A stretch of DNA of 39,170 nt from Octopus bimaculoides (Eukaryota), in NCBI RefSeq assembly GCF_001194135.2, contig NC_068982.1, forward strand, positions 102,936,662 through 102,975,831. The letters are read 5' to 3'. Both the position numbers and the translations under genes were made by a program. Shown one piece after another: positions 10,698-23,000 of the stretch (position 1 is its first letter; every line of letters starts with the position of its first letter). The notes beneath the pieces were generated by a model. The model had not been told where the DNA came from. It worked only from the letters and a program-made list of their open reading frames with translations, and searched no databases.

Positions 10698-11100
10698 AGT
10701 GGCTGTGTGGTAAGTAGCTTGCTTACCAACCACATGGTTCCAGGTTCAGTCCCACTGCATGGCACTTTGGACAAGTGTCTTCTACTATAGCCTCGGGCTG
10801 ACCAAAGCCTTGTGAGTGGATTTGGTAGACAGAAACTGAAAGAAGACCTTTGTATACATGTATATATATATATGTATGTGTGTGTGTGTTTGTGTGTCTG
10901 TGTTTGTCCCCTCAACATTGGTTGACAACCGATGCTGGGGTGTTTACATCCCCGTAACTTAGCAGTTCGGTAAAAGAGACTGATAGAATAAGTACTAGGC
11001 TTCCAAAGAATAAGTCCTAGGGTCGATTTGCTCGACTAAAGGCAGTGCTCCAGCATGGCCGCAGTCAAATGACTGAAACAAGTAAAAGAGTAAAAGAGTA
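10698..11100 (+). mobile_element. tRNA-derived SINE, family A
   Basis: Head AGTGGCTGTGTGGTAAG...GGTTCAGTCCC, internal TA/TG tract, tail CTGAAACAAGTAAAAGAG; near-identical to 34509-34904 and 38437-38832. Confidence 0.9.
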
Positions 11101-11400
11101 CCAACAAGAAAAATCAGGTACTTTATTCTATAATACTTTGTGTAAAGAACTTAATTTTTTTTTTTAATTAAAAGTTAAATATGCAGGTTCTTCAACTTTG
11201 TCTAACCGAGAAGAGATTCTCTCCCCTTTGATACAAATTCCCCACCAGAGGAAAAACACAGGTTTTAAATAAAGCTCTATTTTTAATAAATCAGTATAAT
11301 ATTATTATAACAACAATAATTACTTGCTTTGTATTTATGTCATGTCCCTGGTGGATTTACACTTATTTGGCTTCCAAACCTACGACACCCGGTTTCCCAT

Positions 11401-12640
11401 CGAGGGTGAGCTGAAAAGTTCATAGGTTGACTATGAAAGAGTGATGTTAGAGCTGTGAAATACTGCATGGATTAATTTCAACCCTTCTTATCAATAACTG
11501 CATTGTTTCTTTCCAGGTAAACTGCCATCTGAATGTTCAAAGAAAACTTCAAAAGTAACTAACAATAACAGCAGATATGACGTCATCATCATTGTGGTAC
11601 TGCTTCCCAGTCAAGTGCTTTTCCATGTCAAGAAACAGATGATAGCCAGATGGGGCCAAATCAGGAGAATAGGGAAGGTGATCAACCAGTTCAAAGCCAC
11701 AGTCATGCACAGCAGCCATTGAAACCGAGGACTTCTGTACAAGAGCATTGTCCCGATGAAACAAGACCCATTTTGTCAATTTTCCGGGGCATTTGGTCTT
11801 GAGAGCTCATCGTAACTGCCTCCACAAATTGCCATAGTACTCTCCATTGATAGTGTGGCCCTTTTGAAGTTAATCAATAAACACAATGCCTTTTGCATCC
11901 CAAAAAACTGAGGCCAACACCTTCTGTGAAGATGAATAACTTCAGCCTTCTTTGGAGTAGGTAAGGAGGGGTGTTTTTATTGCATGGATTGTCTCTTTGT
12001 CTCTGGTCCAAAGTGATGAAGCCACCACTCATCCTGGGTTAGGAATAGCTCAAGGAAACCAGCTGGAGCTGCCTCAAACAATGTCAGATTTTCCTAGTGC
12101 ACCTATGACCAGTTATCAGAAGACATGGCACCCACTGAGCAGAAACGGTCGTCATGCCAAATTCATTGTGCAGAATATTCTCAACTCTCTCACAGGATAT
12201 GCTAACAGCATTGGCTATTTAATTTATAGTCATTTGCCTGTCATCCATCAGCATGTGGTGAACACGATTAATGTTTACCTCAGTGGTGGCAGTTGCAGGA
12301 CGTCCAGACCTTGGTTCATCATCTTCAAGACTCTCCCTTCACCTCCTAAATTCAGCTGCCCTCTTTTTGCACTGTTGATAAAGCTGAAGTATTACCCCCT
12401 AATGTAGTATCCATGTCAGCATGAATGTCCTAGGGAGCTAAACCCTTTTTCTGCAGACACGATGCCAAATTTTGTCAATTTTCAAGAGAAGTCATTACCA
12501 GTTACTTTTGAAGTCTTCTTTGAACAATCAGATGTCAGTTCACTGTGAAAGAAATAAGGCAGTTATTAACAAAAACAGCTGAAATTAATCTATGCTTGAT
12601 ATCACCATTCTAGCATCACTCCATAATCAGCCCACCCTCA
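11401..12640 (-). mobile_element. Near full-length decayed mariner (DD34D) transposon
   Basis: Ends CGAGGGTGAGCTGA / rc TGAGGGTGGGCTGA (then TA); ~1.24 kb. Remnants: KKGLAP.DIHADM, EDDEPRSGRP, DEWWLHHFGPETKRQSMQ, LFHRDNA, YSPDLAPSGYHLF. Multiple stops and frameshifts. Confidence 0.9.
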
Positions 12641-12696
12641 TACAGCCGCAGTGAACACAGGGCAATTAGTTTTTATTATACATTTTAAAGTATATA

Positions 12697-13010
12697 GTGA
12701 AGGTGCATGGTTCAGTGATTTGAGCATTGGGCTCACAATCTTGAGGTAGTGAGTTTGATTCCCAAATCGAGCAGGACACTTTATTTCACATTGCTCCATT
12801 TCACTCAGCTATAGAAATGAGTTGCAACGTCACTGATGCCAGGCTGTATCGGCCTTTGCCTATCCCTTGGATAACATCAGTGCCCTGGAGAGGGAAGACT
12901 GGTATGCTTGAGTGACAGCTGATTTTCCATAAACAACCTTGTGCGGATTTGTGCCTCAGAGGGAAACTTTCTAGGTGCAATCCCATTGTCATTCATGACC
13001 GAAAGGGATC
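12697..13010 (+). mobile_element. tRNA-derived SINE, family B
   Basis: A/B-box-like head; collinear with the split copy at 25610-26140. Confidence 0.8.
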
Positions 13011-13251
13011 TATTTTAAAGTATATAAATCACATCTTATATGCCAGCAAATTCGGCATCTCATTTTCATCTAAATCCATTTCTCTCCCTCACCCCTCTCT
13101 CTCTCTGCATATGTTTGTGTACATGTGGAGTTATTTCAGTTCCATCTCGTTAAAAAACGTCAGCAAAAATCATCGAAAAAATGTCTGCACCCAATTGTTC
13201 TATTCTGTTCTATATATGCAAACACACATACATATAATTAAATAATATAAT

Positions 13252-13610
13252 AGGTACAAGCGTGGCTGTGTTGTAAGAAGCTTGCTTCCCAAACTCGTGG
13301 TTTTGGGTTTGGTTCCACTGCATGACACCTTGTGCAAGTATCTTCACACTATAGTCTGGGGCCAAACTGAGCCTTCTGAGTGAATTTGGTAAATGGAAAC
13401 TGAAAGACGTTCATGTGTGTGTGTGTTCCCTACCACTACTTGACAAGCAGTGTTGGTATGTTTACATCCTTGTAACTTAGCAGTTCAGCAAGAGACCGAT
13501 AGAATAAGTACCAGACTAAAAAAAATTACTGGGGTCGATTCATTTGATTAAAATTGAAGGTGGTATCCCAGCATGGCCACAGTCTAATGACTGAAACAAG
13601 TAAAAGAGTA
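13252..13610 (+). mobile_element. Diverged family-A-related SINE
   Basis: Same head/body/tail order as 10698-11100 with many substitutions. Confidence 0.8.
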
Positions 13611-14123
13611 TGAAGACATAAAATAAACAAAAGCATTTTTACCATTCATTTTCCCATGCTAAAATGGTTTGGATGGAGATTTCAAAACAGCATGAATTAC
13701 TGTGGTATAATTTTTTGTTGGAGATGAGAAGTCTAACCTAGAAATCTTTAAAATCCTAACTATGATCAACAGAGTTCTACATTTTCCAAAATGTATTGAT
13801 ATCGCTGTTAACTTGTGCTTCAGAATAGTATGAATATCACCATTTCAGTATAAGTGGCTAGTGGTAAAATAAGTTAATGCCAGAATATGCTAAATATTCT
13901 GGAATGTTGGCAAAATTCTGGTTAAACTTGGAATGCGCCAGGTGTCCATTTATCTTGATATTATGTACGAAAAAACAGTGTAGAAATTGGGGAAGTTTAG
14001 ACACAAAGAAAACTATTGAGAAAGAATATCACATTCCCAAAGAATAGAACAAGCATCATCCTTTCTCTCCCACCCCCATTTACTGAATATGGCTCTCAGA
14101 TCCACAGTTTAAACCGTCTACAC

Positions 14124-14388
14124 TAGGGGTTCTCGACCATTTTTCATCTCTGGACCCATTTGGTTACTATTTCATTCTGGTGGACCCCTATAGTCATGTT
14201 TATAAACTAGTTATTCCTATTTTGTTATTCACACATTAACTGTAGGTTGAACCATGTAAAATGTTAGAGAAAGAAACTTAAATGCTTCTTGCAATACATA
14301 CCAACACATTTATAGCAATTTTTTCAGGTGCCCTTAAAATACTGTGGATCCCCAAAAACCTTATATGGACCCCGGTTGTGAACCATTG
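14124..14388. mobile_element. Older copy of the same hAT-type MITE family
   Basis: Degenerate TIRs (TAGGGGTTCTCGAC / GTTGTGAACCATTG); shares internal ttcctattttgtt...gtaggttgaac...gttagagaaagaa with 5830-6100; flanks GTCTACAC / GTCAACAA. Confidence 0.75.
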
Positions 14389-14759
14389 GTCAACAAAGAA
14401 CCTGTTTAAAAAAAAAAACCTGTTCGAATGAGTTGTTTCCCTTATGTTACAGGCTTCCAAAGTTACTTCCCTTATTTCTAATTGATCTATTGTGCTGTTT
14501 ATTTTAATATTAAAAAAAAGAGTAGTTTATTTCATATACACAATTTACATTTCTCGGAAATTTCAGTTTCGATGTAGGATTCAATGGTATATTGTCAGTG
14601 TAAACGCGCTTGGTTTATGGCAAAGATTACTTAGCTTTTAACCCAAAATAAAATGAAGACACATCACATGTTCAGTAACTAGGCTTTTATGGTCTTAATA
14701 CTACTCAGACCCTTTTAGCAGTCATCACTGCTCTTAGATACATATATCTCATAAGCGTG

Positions 14760-15114
14760 TGGAGGCGCAATGGCCCAGTGGTTAGGGCAGCGGACTCGCG
14801 GTTTCGATTCCCAGACAGGGCGTCGTGAGTGTTTATTGAGCGAAAACACTTAATGCTCCACGAGGCTCCGGCAGGGGATGGTGGCGAACCCTGCTGTACT
14901 CTTTCACCACAACTTTCTCCCACTCTTCCTGTTTCTGTAATTCAAAGGGTCAGCCTTGTCACACTGTGTCACGCTGAATATCCCCGAGAACTATGTTAAG
15001 GGTACACGTGTCTGTGGAGTGCTCAGCCACTTGCACATTAATTTCATGAGCAGGCTGTTCCGTTGATCGGATCAACAAGAACCCTCGACATCGTAAGCGA
15101 CAGAGTGCCAACAA
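14760..15114 (+). mobile_element. tRNA-derived SINE, family C, with 12-bp TSD
   Basis: Head GGCGCAATGGCCCAGTGGTTAGGGCAGCGGACTC; tail CCAACAA; TSD CTCATAAGCGTG at 14748-14759 and 15115-15126. Confidence 0.9.
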
Positions 15115-16548
15115 CTCATAAGCGTGAAAGAGAATGACAAAATGTCAAAGATATTTTATATAAAATGCTAGTACCAAAACTTTAAAAACTCCACCCTGCA
15201 GCTGCTAATCTCACTATCCTAGACTGAGGAACTATTTTTTATAAACTGAATGCACAATACTTAAGCTTTCATTCTTATTGTTTATATTCAAATCCCTTAC
15301 TACTAACACTTTCTTGGAAGCAATATCCCAATTTTGCAATTGACCGAAGTTGATGTTATATTATGTATATCCTGCTTGAAAAGGTATCACTGCAAAACAT
15401 CAGAGGCAACTAAAAGGATGGACATTAGAAACATCCAGCCATAAAACACTATTTTAAAAAGTTTCATCCAAACTATGCAAGCATGGAAAAGTAGATGCAA
15501 AAACAATGATAGAAATGGTGAAAATTTTGATAATTTTTTTTATTTGGTAAAATACCTTTCAGTTTCATCTGGTTATCAGGTATTTTGTGTATACACACAA
15601 GAACAGGGATTGAACTCAAAAATTTGTTCCAATACTCATCCTCTATAGCAGAAATTTACAAGCAACCAACAAAAACAAAAAAAAGTACACATGTTCAATA
15701 CCAGCTGAAGTAGATGGACATGGCACCTATGGATAGACTAAACCCATCAAAATATCTTGTTAGTAAGGTAGATATTAAAAGGAAGAAAAAAATTTGCCAC
15801 TAGCCTTGATAAATTTTTCAATTTTTCTGATTAATCTTTACTTATTACATCTTAAATTGCTTGAGAATGTTTAGTTTTATAAATATTCCAAACCACAAAT
15901 TATTGTAAATCTGACTAGCCAGCATCATTCCTGTTTAAATTAGTTGTACTCAACAATATCACAAAATAAATGCTGTATACATTCTATGTGCTAGATTATA
16001 TTCTCTAACTCCAAAACTATCATAGTTCCTTTAGAGCTGTCAACACAAAAAAATGATGGCTGCAAGACAAAAATAATTAAGACAACTAAATTGTTATATT
16101 TTAATTAACATGCTCAAGTATGAAATGTCAGAAGGAGGTTAATTATCTTGATTTGTCAACAAAAGAAATAAAATTTATACAGAACACCAAGTCAACTTTT
16201 AATAATTAGCTTTTTATTATTTATATTACAAAATTTCTTTGATTCAACATCCTGTTAGAAAAAAATTTTAAGCAGAATACAAAAATAATTACATTATATA
16301 TATATTTTTTTTGAGAACTGTACATAATTAAGAAAATATAACAAGAATATATAATAAAAAAAAAATCACTACAGTATTAATTACTGACAGGCCCAAGACC
16401 ATAAATTTATAAGAGAATTAGGTTTGTACCTTTTTCTACCGCATTAGTGGTACAGAAATTATGAAACCAAATCAACTCCTGAATCAATTTCCCAAGAGAT
16501 CAGATCTTGCTCTAAGGTGTTTGTTACGCACTATTAATTTTTCTAAAG

Positions 16549-16554
16549 TTTATT
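16549..16554 (-). terminator. Candidate polyadenylation signal of XPNPEP1 (alternatives at 16772-16777 and near 16213)
   Basis: AATAAA on the minus strand ~370 nt after the stop. Which site is used cannot be determined from sequence alone. Confidence 0.4.
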
Positions 16555-16923
16555 GAAGTTGGTGCTAATGAGTAAAGAGTTAAGTCTAATGAGGAATGAA
16601 TTCCTTTCAGTAAGGTACCAAACTAGTTACTCTAAAGCTTCACTAACATCAGCCATCTCCACTACACTCATACAAAATATTAGGCAAGCCAAAAATAAAC
16701 TTAAATATTCATTGAAACTGACCTATGTAGCATTTAAATCTCCCTCCCCATTACAACTAACATTAGACTATTTTATTTCTGGAATTGATGCAAATATCAT
16801 ATACAAAATATTAGTTCTGTTACCACTTGCTTGTATTAAACTACTAATTCTGAAGTGGCCTGTTCATTATTAACTATTGGGCAATCAAAGTAAGACAAAA
16901 AAATTTCATCTTCCACTTGAAGA

Positions 16924-17049
16924 TCAGCTTTGCTGGTCAACAGAAGTTTCTCTCTTCAGCCAGTTGTAAGCTTCATGCTTTCCTTCCTTCAAAAGAATTG
17001 GTCCAATAATGTCAAGACACTTTTGGTGATAATTATCAAGCCAACATTT
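16924..17049 (-). CDS. XPNPEP1: XPNPEP1-like terminal coding exon ([11 protein letters not shown]...[12 protein letters not shown])
   Basis: ccttag acceptor; 126 nt to TGA; WL.NYH and WL.RET motifs. Confidence 0.93.
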   Translation of the reverse strand, partial: KCWLDNYHQKCLDIIGPILLKEGKHEAYNWLKRETSVDQQS

Positions 17050-20000
17050 CTAAGGAAAAGAAACGAAAATCAGATTTAATCAGATTTAAAAAAAGCAATA
17101 GTTGTTAGAAATATTCCAATACATAAATCCTATTTGTTTTGCAATATTAAATATAGAAACTGTAGAACAGTATTAGTGCTGTATTTTCATTGACTAAACA
17201 AGGGTGAAATATCTGATTACTAGAGATGAAGCTATTTAAAAGCATTTTAACCCTTTAGCATTTAAACCAGCCATATCTAGCCCAAATATTCTACCTGATT
17301 TATGTTTAAATTGGCCAGATCTAGGCTCTCACATCTACCCTACAATGTTATTCTTAAAAACAAACAATCATACCATCAAAATCTTAAAGCTACAAGATAA
17401 TGCAGGATTAATTCCAAACAAAGTGAACAAATAAACATTAACTTTGACAGAGCAGTCTCGTCTTTTCATTAAACTATTTTTAAGTGATATACCTTTAAAT
17501 ATATTTTTATCTTTATTATTTTAATCTAAAATTTTTATCTAGAAGACATCAGAAGCTAAGAGTATTTATTCAGTAGAAAAGAAAAAAATTCACAAAATTA
17601 TTGTTAAATTGGTTAGCATTGAAGGATAGAAGCACCTGGTGAGCTTGGTCAACAACTTAATTTAGATTCTCAGTTGTAGCTTCACTTACACTGTTAGCTT
17701 TGTTGTTGTTGGCACTCCGTCGCTTATGACATCGAGGGTTCCAGTTGATCCGATCAGCGGAAAAGCCTGCTCGTGAAATTAACGTGCAAGTGGCTGAACA
17801 CTCCACAGACACGTGTACCCTTAACGTAGTTCTCAGGGATATTCAGCGTGACACAGCTGGCCCTTTTGAAATACAGGCACAATAGAAACAGGAAGTAAGA
17901 GTGAGAGAAAGTTGTGGTGGAAGAGTACAGCAGGGTTTGCCACCATCCCCTGCCAGAGCCTCGTGGAGCTTTAGGTGTTTTCGCTCAATAAACACTCACA
18001 ACGCCCGGTCTGGGAATCGAAAACGCAATCCTATGACTGCGAGTCCGCTGCCCTAACCACTGGGCCATTGTGCCTCCACCCTTCATTCTAAAGTACCAGT
18101 AACCTACTGAGACTAATATACACCCATCACTTAAAATCCTTTACTACTAAGATACACCCATCAGCAAATGCCCCACAGCAGATGCTGTTTCTATAGCTGA
18201 AAATTCTGTTGAATTCCATTTTGTTGTTCATTAGTACAATATCTATGAACTGTAACTGAGAACGGTCAACTCGGGAACATCTTGCACAAGACCAATCACT
18301 GTGGAATAGTGCTGTGTGTGCTGGAGTACAGCACTCAGAATCAGAAATGATCAGAGAAACTAAAGAGAGGAGGGCTGCATAAAAAGCAAGAGTTCTGCCA
18401 GATCCTGTTTCTGCTATTATGTACCACCACAGAACCCATTGATTTTATGCCAATATTGGCCTGACAAAGTACCTCAGACCCACAAAGAGTAAAGCTACTA
18501 ATTTTATCATCTTCAGAGACATGAAAGATGAATGTCACCATCTATAAAGTATGTAAAACTAATCATGTATTGAAGTTGATTCAGCTAACAATAATCCTTA
18601 CCACTTCAAAACTGGCTCTGTGAGAAGATGTAAATTAATATTTTGTACTCAAACTCAACACTTTTAGGTAGTCCCACCCACAATTGATCATAGAGCTATC
18701 ATGCAGAAATACCATATGCCATTTTCCATCTAGTTCAACATTCCACAACTGATTTACCTTACCAGTTCCACTGCATTCAGAAAGTGAAGCAAGGCTAGGT
18801 CCCATACATAATGTCTCTTCTGTTCTAATTAGATCTGTTAGGTAAGTACAACAGGAGAATTCAGTGTCTTAAAAACAGGCTTATACTTCCATTCTCTTAA
18901 CTGCTACATAGTTTTTCAGGTAAATAATAGAAATCCAACACTAGGATCTGAACTCACAAACTAAATCTAAAGGTCAAGTATCATATACACTTGGTTGTAA
19001 CAAAAAGAATCTGATGAAATTGTTTTACAACTAACTATTTTGGGAAAAAATTATAAAATCTAACCTCTTCTACTGTAAGCATTTCAGTCAGTATCATTTT
19101 TTTCTGGATGGGTACCAAGGTTAGAGGTTCAAAAGTAAGGAACTTTGTTGATTCGAATTGGTACTGTAAATAAATCAAAATTAACAAGAGTTTAAATAAA
19201 ATTTCAAAATTTAGAAAAGTTCTATACATGAATAAAATTTTAGCCTTTCTGCAAAACAATTTTGGAGTTATATCATCTTCAGAGTACATACAGTTTAAAA
19301 AAGATTTTTTTAAGTATCAACTAAGGTGAAATTAAGACCCTTTGGTAACTGTTCATTCTGGGTTTATAACTCCACACTTATTTTGAAGCAAGGCTATACA
19401 CATATTGATAAAAAATGTATATGCTTTATAGTGTGGTACATAAATTTTCCATTTTACAAGTTATTCCTTGCTTGGGAGATTTACTGTGGGCGCTGCCATC
19501 TACCTCAAATAAAGATTCTAACAAGTGTGTGTTTACACCACATTTTCAATATGACAATCCAATCTGAAGAGCTGGTTAATATAGAGTATTCTCTTATTAC
19601 ACATGGGTAGACAAACACAGAAACCAAATTACCTTTGTCTCTTTTTTAACAACCAGTAAAGCATTCTCAATCCTGAAACCATATTTCTCCTTTTCATAAT
19701 ATCCAGGTTCTACAAAATGTCAGAAGAAATATATAAACACTTATTTAACCAAAGAACAAAATACAGAGGACAGTGAAATACATATAGCATATGGAGAGAT
19801 GAATGAAAGAGTCTAAAGAATAACAAAAATGTGAGTGAACAATAAAAGAACAAATAATATTACTAAGACAACTATAAAAAAATACATAATATCACAGATC
19901 AATGGACAGATATATACATGTTAGATGAAACAGTGAATGTAGTAAAAGTACCACAGAACAGAATAGTGTTAACTGTATAAATGATTTTAAAAAATAGCAA

Positions 20001-23000
20001 AATACCAGCTTACCATCTGTAAGAATCATTCCCTCTTCTATTGGTCCATTTGTCTTGCATAGCCTCATACTGATAGTGCAGGGACCTGAAGAAACAAAAA
20101 CAGAACTTTTGTTTCATTTAACCCTCATCAGGAGAAAAAATACTTGGATACTGAACACTTGCTTACATTTTATGAAAGCCTTAATATGACATATCACTAC
20201 TACTACTACTACTACTCAACTATGTAGTACACAGCAACAAACACTACCACTCCATAGAAACAAAATCTATCCAAATACAGCTATAGGGAAGAGAACACTA
20301 ACATACTCCAGCCCACCTTGCTAGCTGTACTATCTCTACAATATTGTAATCCTTTCCCAAATAAACTGCCATCTTCCATCAATATGTCTTCCTGCTACTG
20401 CTACACGCTCTAACTAAAAAGACAGGTGGTAATATGTAATATTAGTGTGATCTACTCACATTTGTGGTAACATCAGCAAGAATAAATTAAGTTTTAAAAG
20501 GACATCACTTATATTGGCATTTATAACTACAAATCAAGAGTCTAGTTATATGATGTTTAAAACGTACAAAATAGGCAAAATAATTGACCAGAGTGGCTAG
20601 TCAATGTTCCCTAGAGAAGCTAGATGGTGGAGGTAGCAAGAAGGGATGGCAATAAGCTTTTGGAAATGGTATACAGGAAGTTCAGAAATCTCAAATGACA
20701 AACAATAAAAGACCCTCAGTAGTGAAGAATATTGCACCTGCAGTGTGATGAACAATGTAAAATTTGAAATGAACAACTGACCTTCATGTACCTCTAAAAA
20801 GGCACCAACTCCATGTCCAGTTCCATGAAGGTAGTCCAAACCAACTTCCCAAAGAGATGTCCGTGCCAATATATCAAGTCGATTGCCTAAAATAGAAGTC
20901 AAATGTAAAATTTGCAGTAAAAATGAATACCTTTATGAAAACAAATGGTAAAAATATCAAAAAAACACAAAGCTGCACTAATCTTTCTGCAAGTGATATT
21001 TGCCAAATATATCAAATTACTGCACAAACAACAGTACCAAGACACCTTCCACCCCATTAATATTTTAGATTGCCAATGAATCCTCAGAATGTCAGGACTT
21101 TGTTTAATACATCAGTTTATATGAAAATCCTTATTATTTGGTGCTACAAAGAATAGACAAAGGCCATTAGCAACACCAACCCATCTTCAATCTAAAATAT
21201 GTATAAAGAAGTCAGAGTTGTGGCTCATTGTTTGAAGCAGCAGAAACGCTAAGGCTTCACTGGCACACAATACTGAATCTCAAAGTCTCTAGTGGCAAAT
21301 CCCATACAGAAAAGAGGTGTTGCATCACAAGTAAAAAGAGGAATTATATAGAACCTATTATTCCTCTAATAGTTTGGCTGAGAAGCACTGTAATATGCAT
21401 GTTGAAGACAATATTCCAAGATTTGAGAAATATACTTAGATGTTAAACTTGAAAATAAACCTGTCATAACTTTAAAAAATTTTAGATTATTAAAAAAAAA
21501 TTTTTTTTTTCAATTTCATGGAAGTCTCTAGATTTATATTAATGCTAAAAAATGAAAAGTTCTCCTACCCAAATCAGAACAGTGCCACCTTACCAACAAT
21601 GACTCCAGTTTGTAACCTGTCATCAGGTCTGCACAATGTGCCTGCCTAAGGCACTTGGCTGTCACTGGTCTTTGACAGTAAGTAAATACCACTGTCAGAA
21701 TTGGTAAGCATTTCTTTAGTTTTAAAAGATTTAACTGTAATGTTGACTTCAGATTATCCCAAAGACATACCAAACATTTCAGTTATGCAAACAACCAAGG
21801 GACCATTCTATACCAATAGAAATATAGAAACTAACTAACCATTGAGTTTCTCTGGAAATACAGTAGTTGCAAGATTAATATGACCTTTTAATACTCTTGT
21901 AAAGCATTCCTAGAAAAGAAAAAAGATGAAAAACAAATCAGCCTAAAATGGCAACTCTGAGAAGTAAAAGCAATATCAATCAACGTTTAGAAAGAAATAC
22001 AGCAAGAAATATGCTTCTAATAAGTAACAGTTTCAATTCTTAGTCGACTTGGCATCACTTCCACAGTTAATGCCAGTGCAAATGGCAAAGACACCACAAT
22101 GTTTTCTCATCCAGCTTTTGTTATGATTAGTCAAAAACATTTTGCAATTAGTACAATAAGGTCACTGGGATATTCCTATCAAATGGACCAACAGTATTTT
22201 TTAGATTCTCTGTACATAAATTGCAGTTTTAACTTGACCATTTTAACATTAATTTCCCCATGACAGCATGAGGTTAGACAAACTCAACTATTTCATTTCT
22301 ATATTTTCATTTTTGAGAACTAACATAAGATCTAACAATTACCACTTCATGACTTCCTTGGTTTTCTACTGCTACAAGTACCTTTGACAATACACAACAT
22401 TAACTCAGCATTATTTTTACATCACATAAATAATGCAGTCATCTCCTGCACCATTACTGTCCATCTATTCTTTCTCTACCACCTTGAGGATTAATGTAGG
22501 CTAACCTTAACATTTAATAGATCGCATTCAGCTTATTTCTTTCCTACATCAATACACATACCTCATTATCACATAGCATCATTCACTGTCTTTTGTACAT
22601 CAACTACAATAATCCCCAACCTTACTTAGGCCACCAAAGAAACAAACAAACTAGTAACCCATCTGAGTAGTTCATGAACTTCATTTCATAGATGTCCCTC
22701 CTGCAAAATATTCTTGTACAGCTGGTGCACTGAAGCCCTGAGTTTCAACTAGTAATGGATTTTAACTGATTCTAACTTTGGTACAATGCTACAATTTTGT
22801 AAAAAGATACACTTGATTGAACAGAACTCAATACATAACTGGAACTTATTTTAGGGACCCCCCCCCAAAAAAAAAATTCTCCTGGCAGGATTTTGATCCG
22901 GAACAAAAGGGCCAAACTAAATACTACAAAGCACTTCATCCAACATTCTGCAATACCACCACCCTATACAGATGATTATTCAAAGATTGCTAACAATACC

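Noticed and set aside
11997-12407. 136-aa plus-strand ORF
   Set aside because: It is the antisense reading of the decayed mariner transposase.
12697-12780. tRNA-like heads of SINEs (also at 10698, 14760, 25610 and 34509)
   Set aside because: A/B boxes run straight into SINE bodies without a full cloverleaf; they are not tRNA genes.
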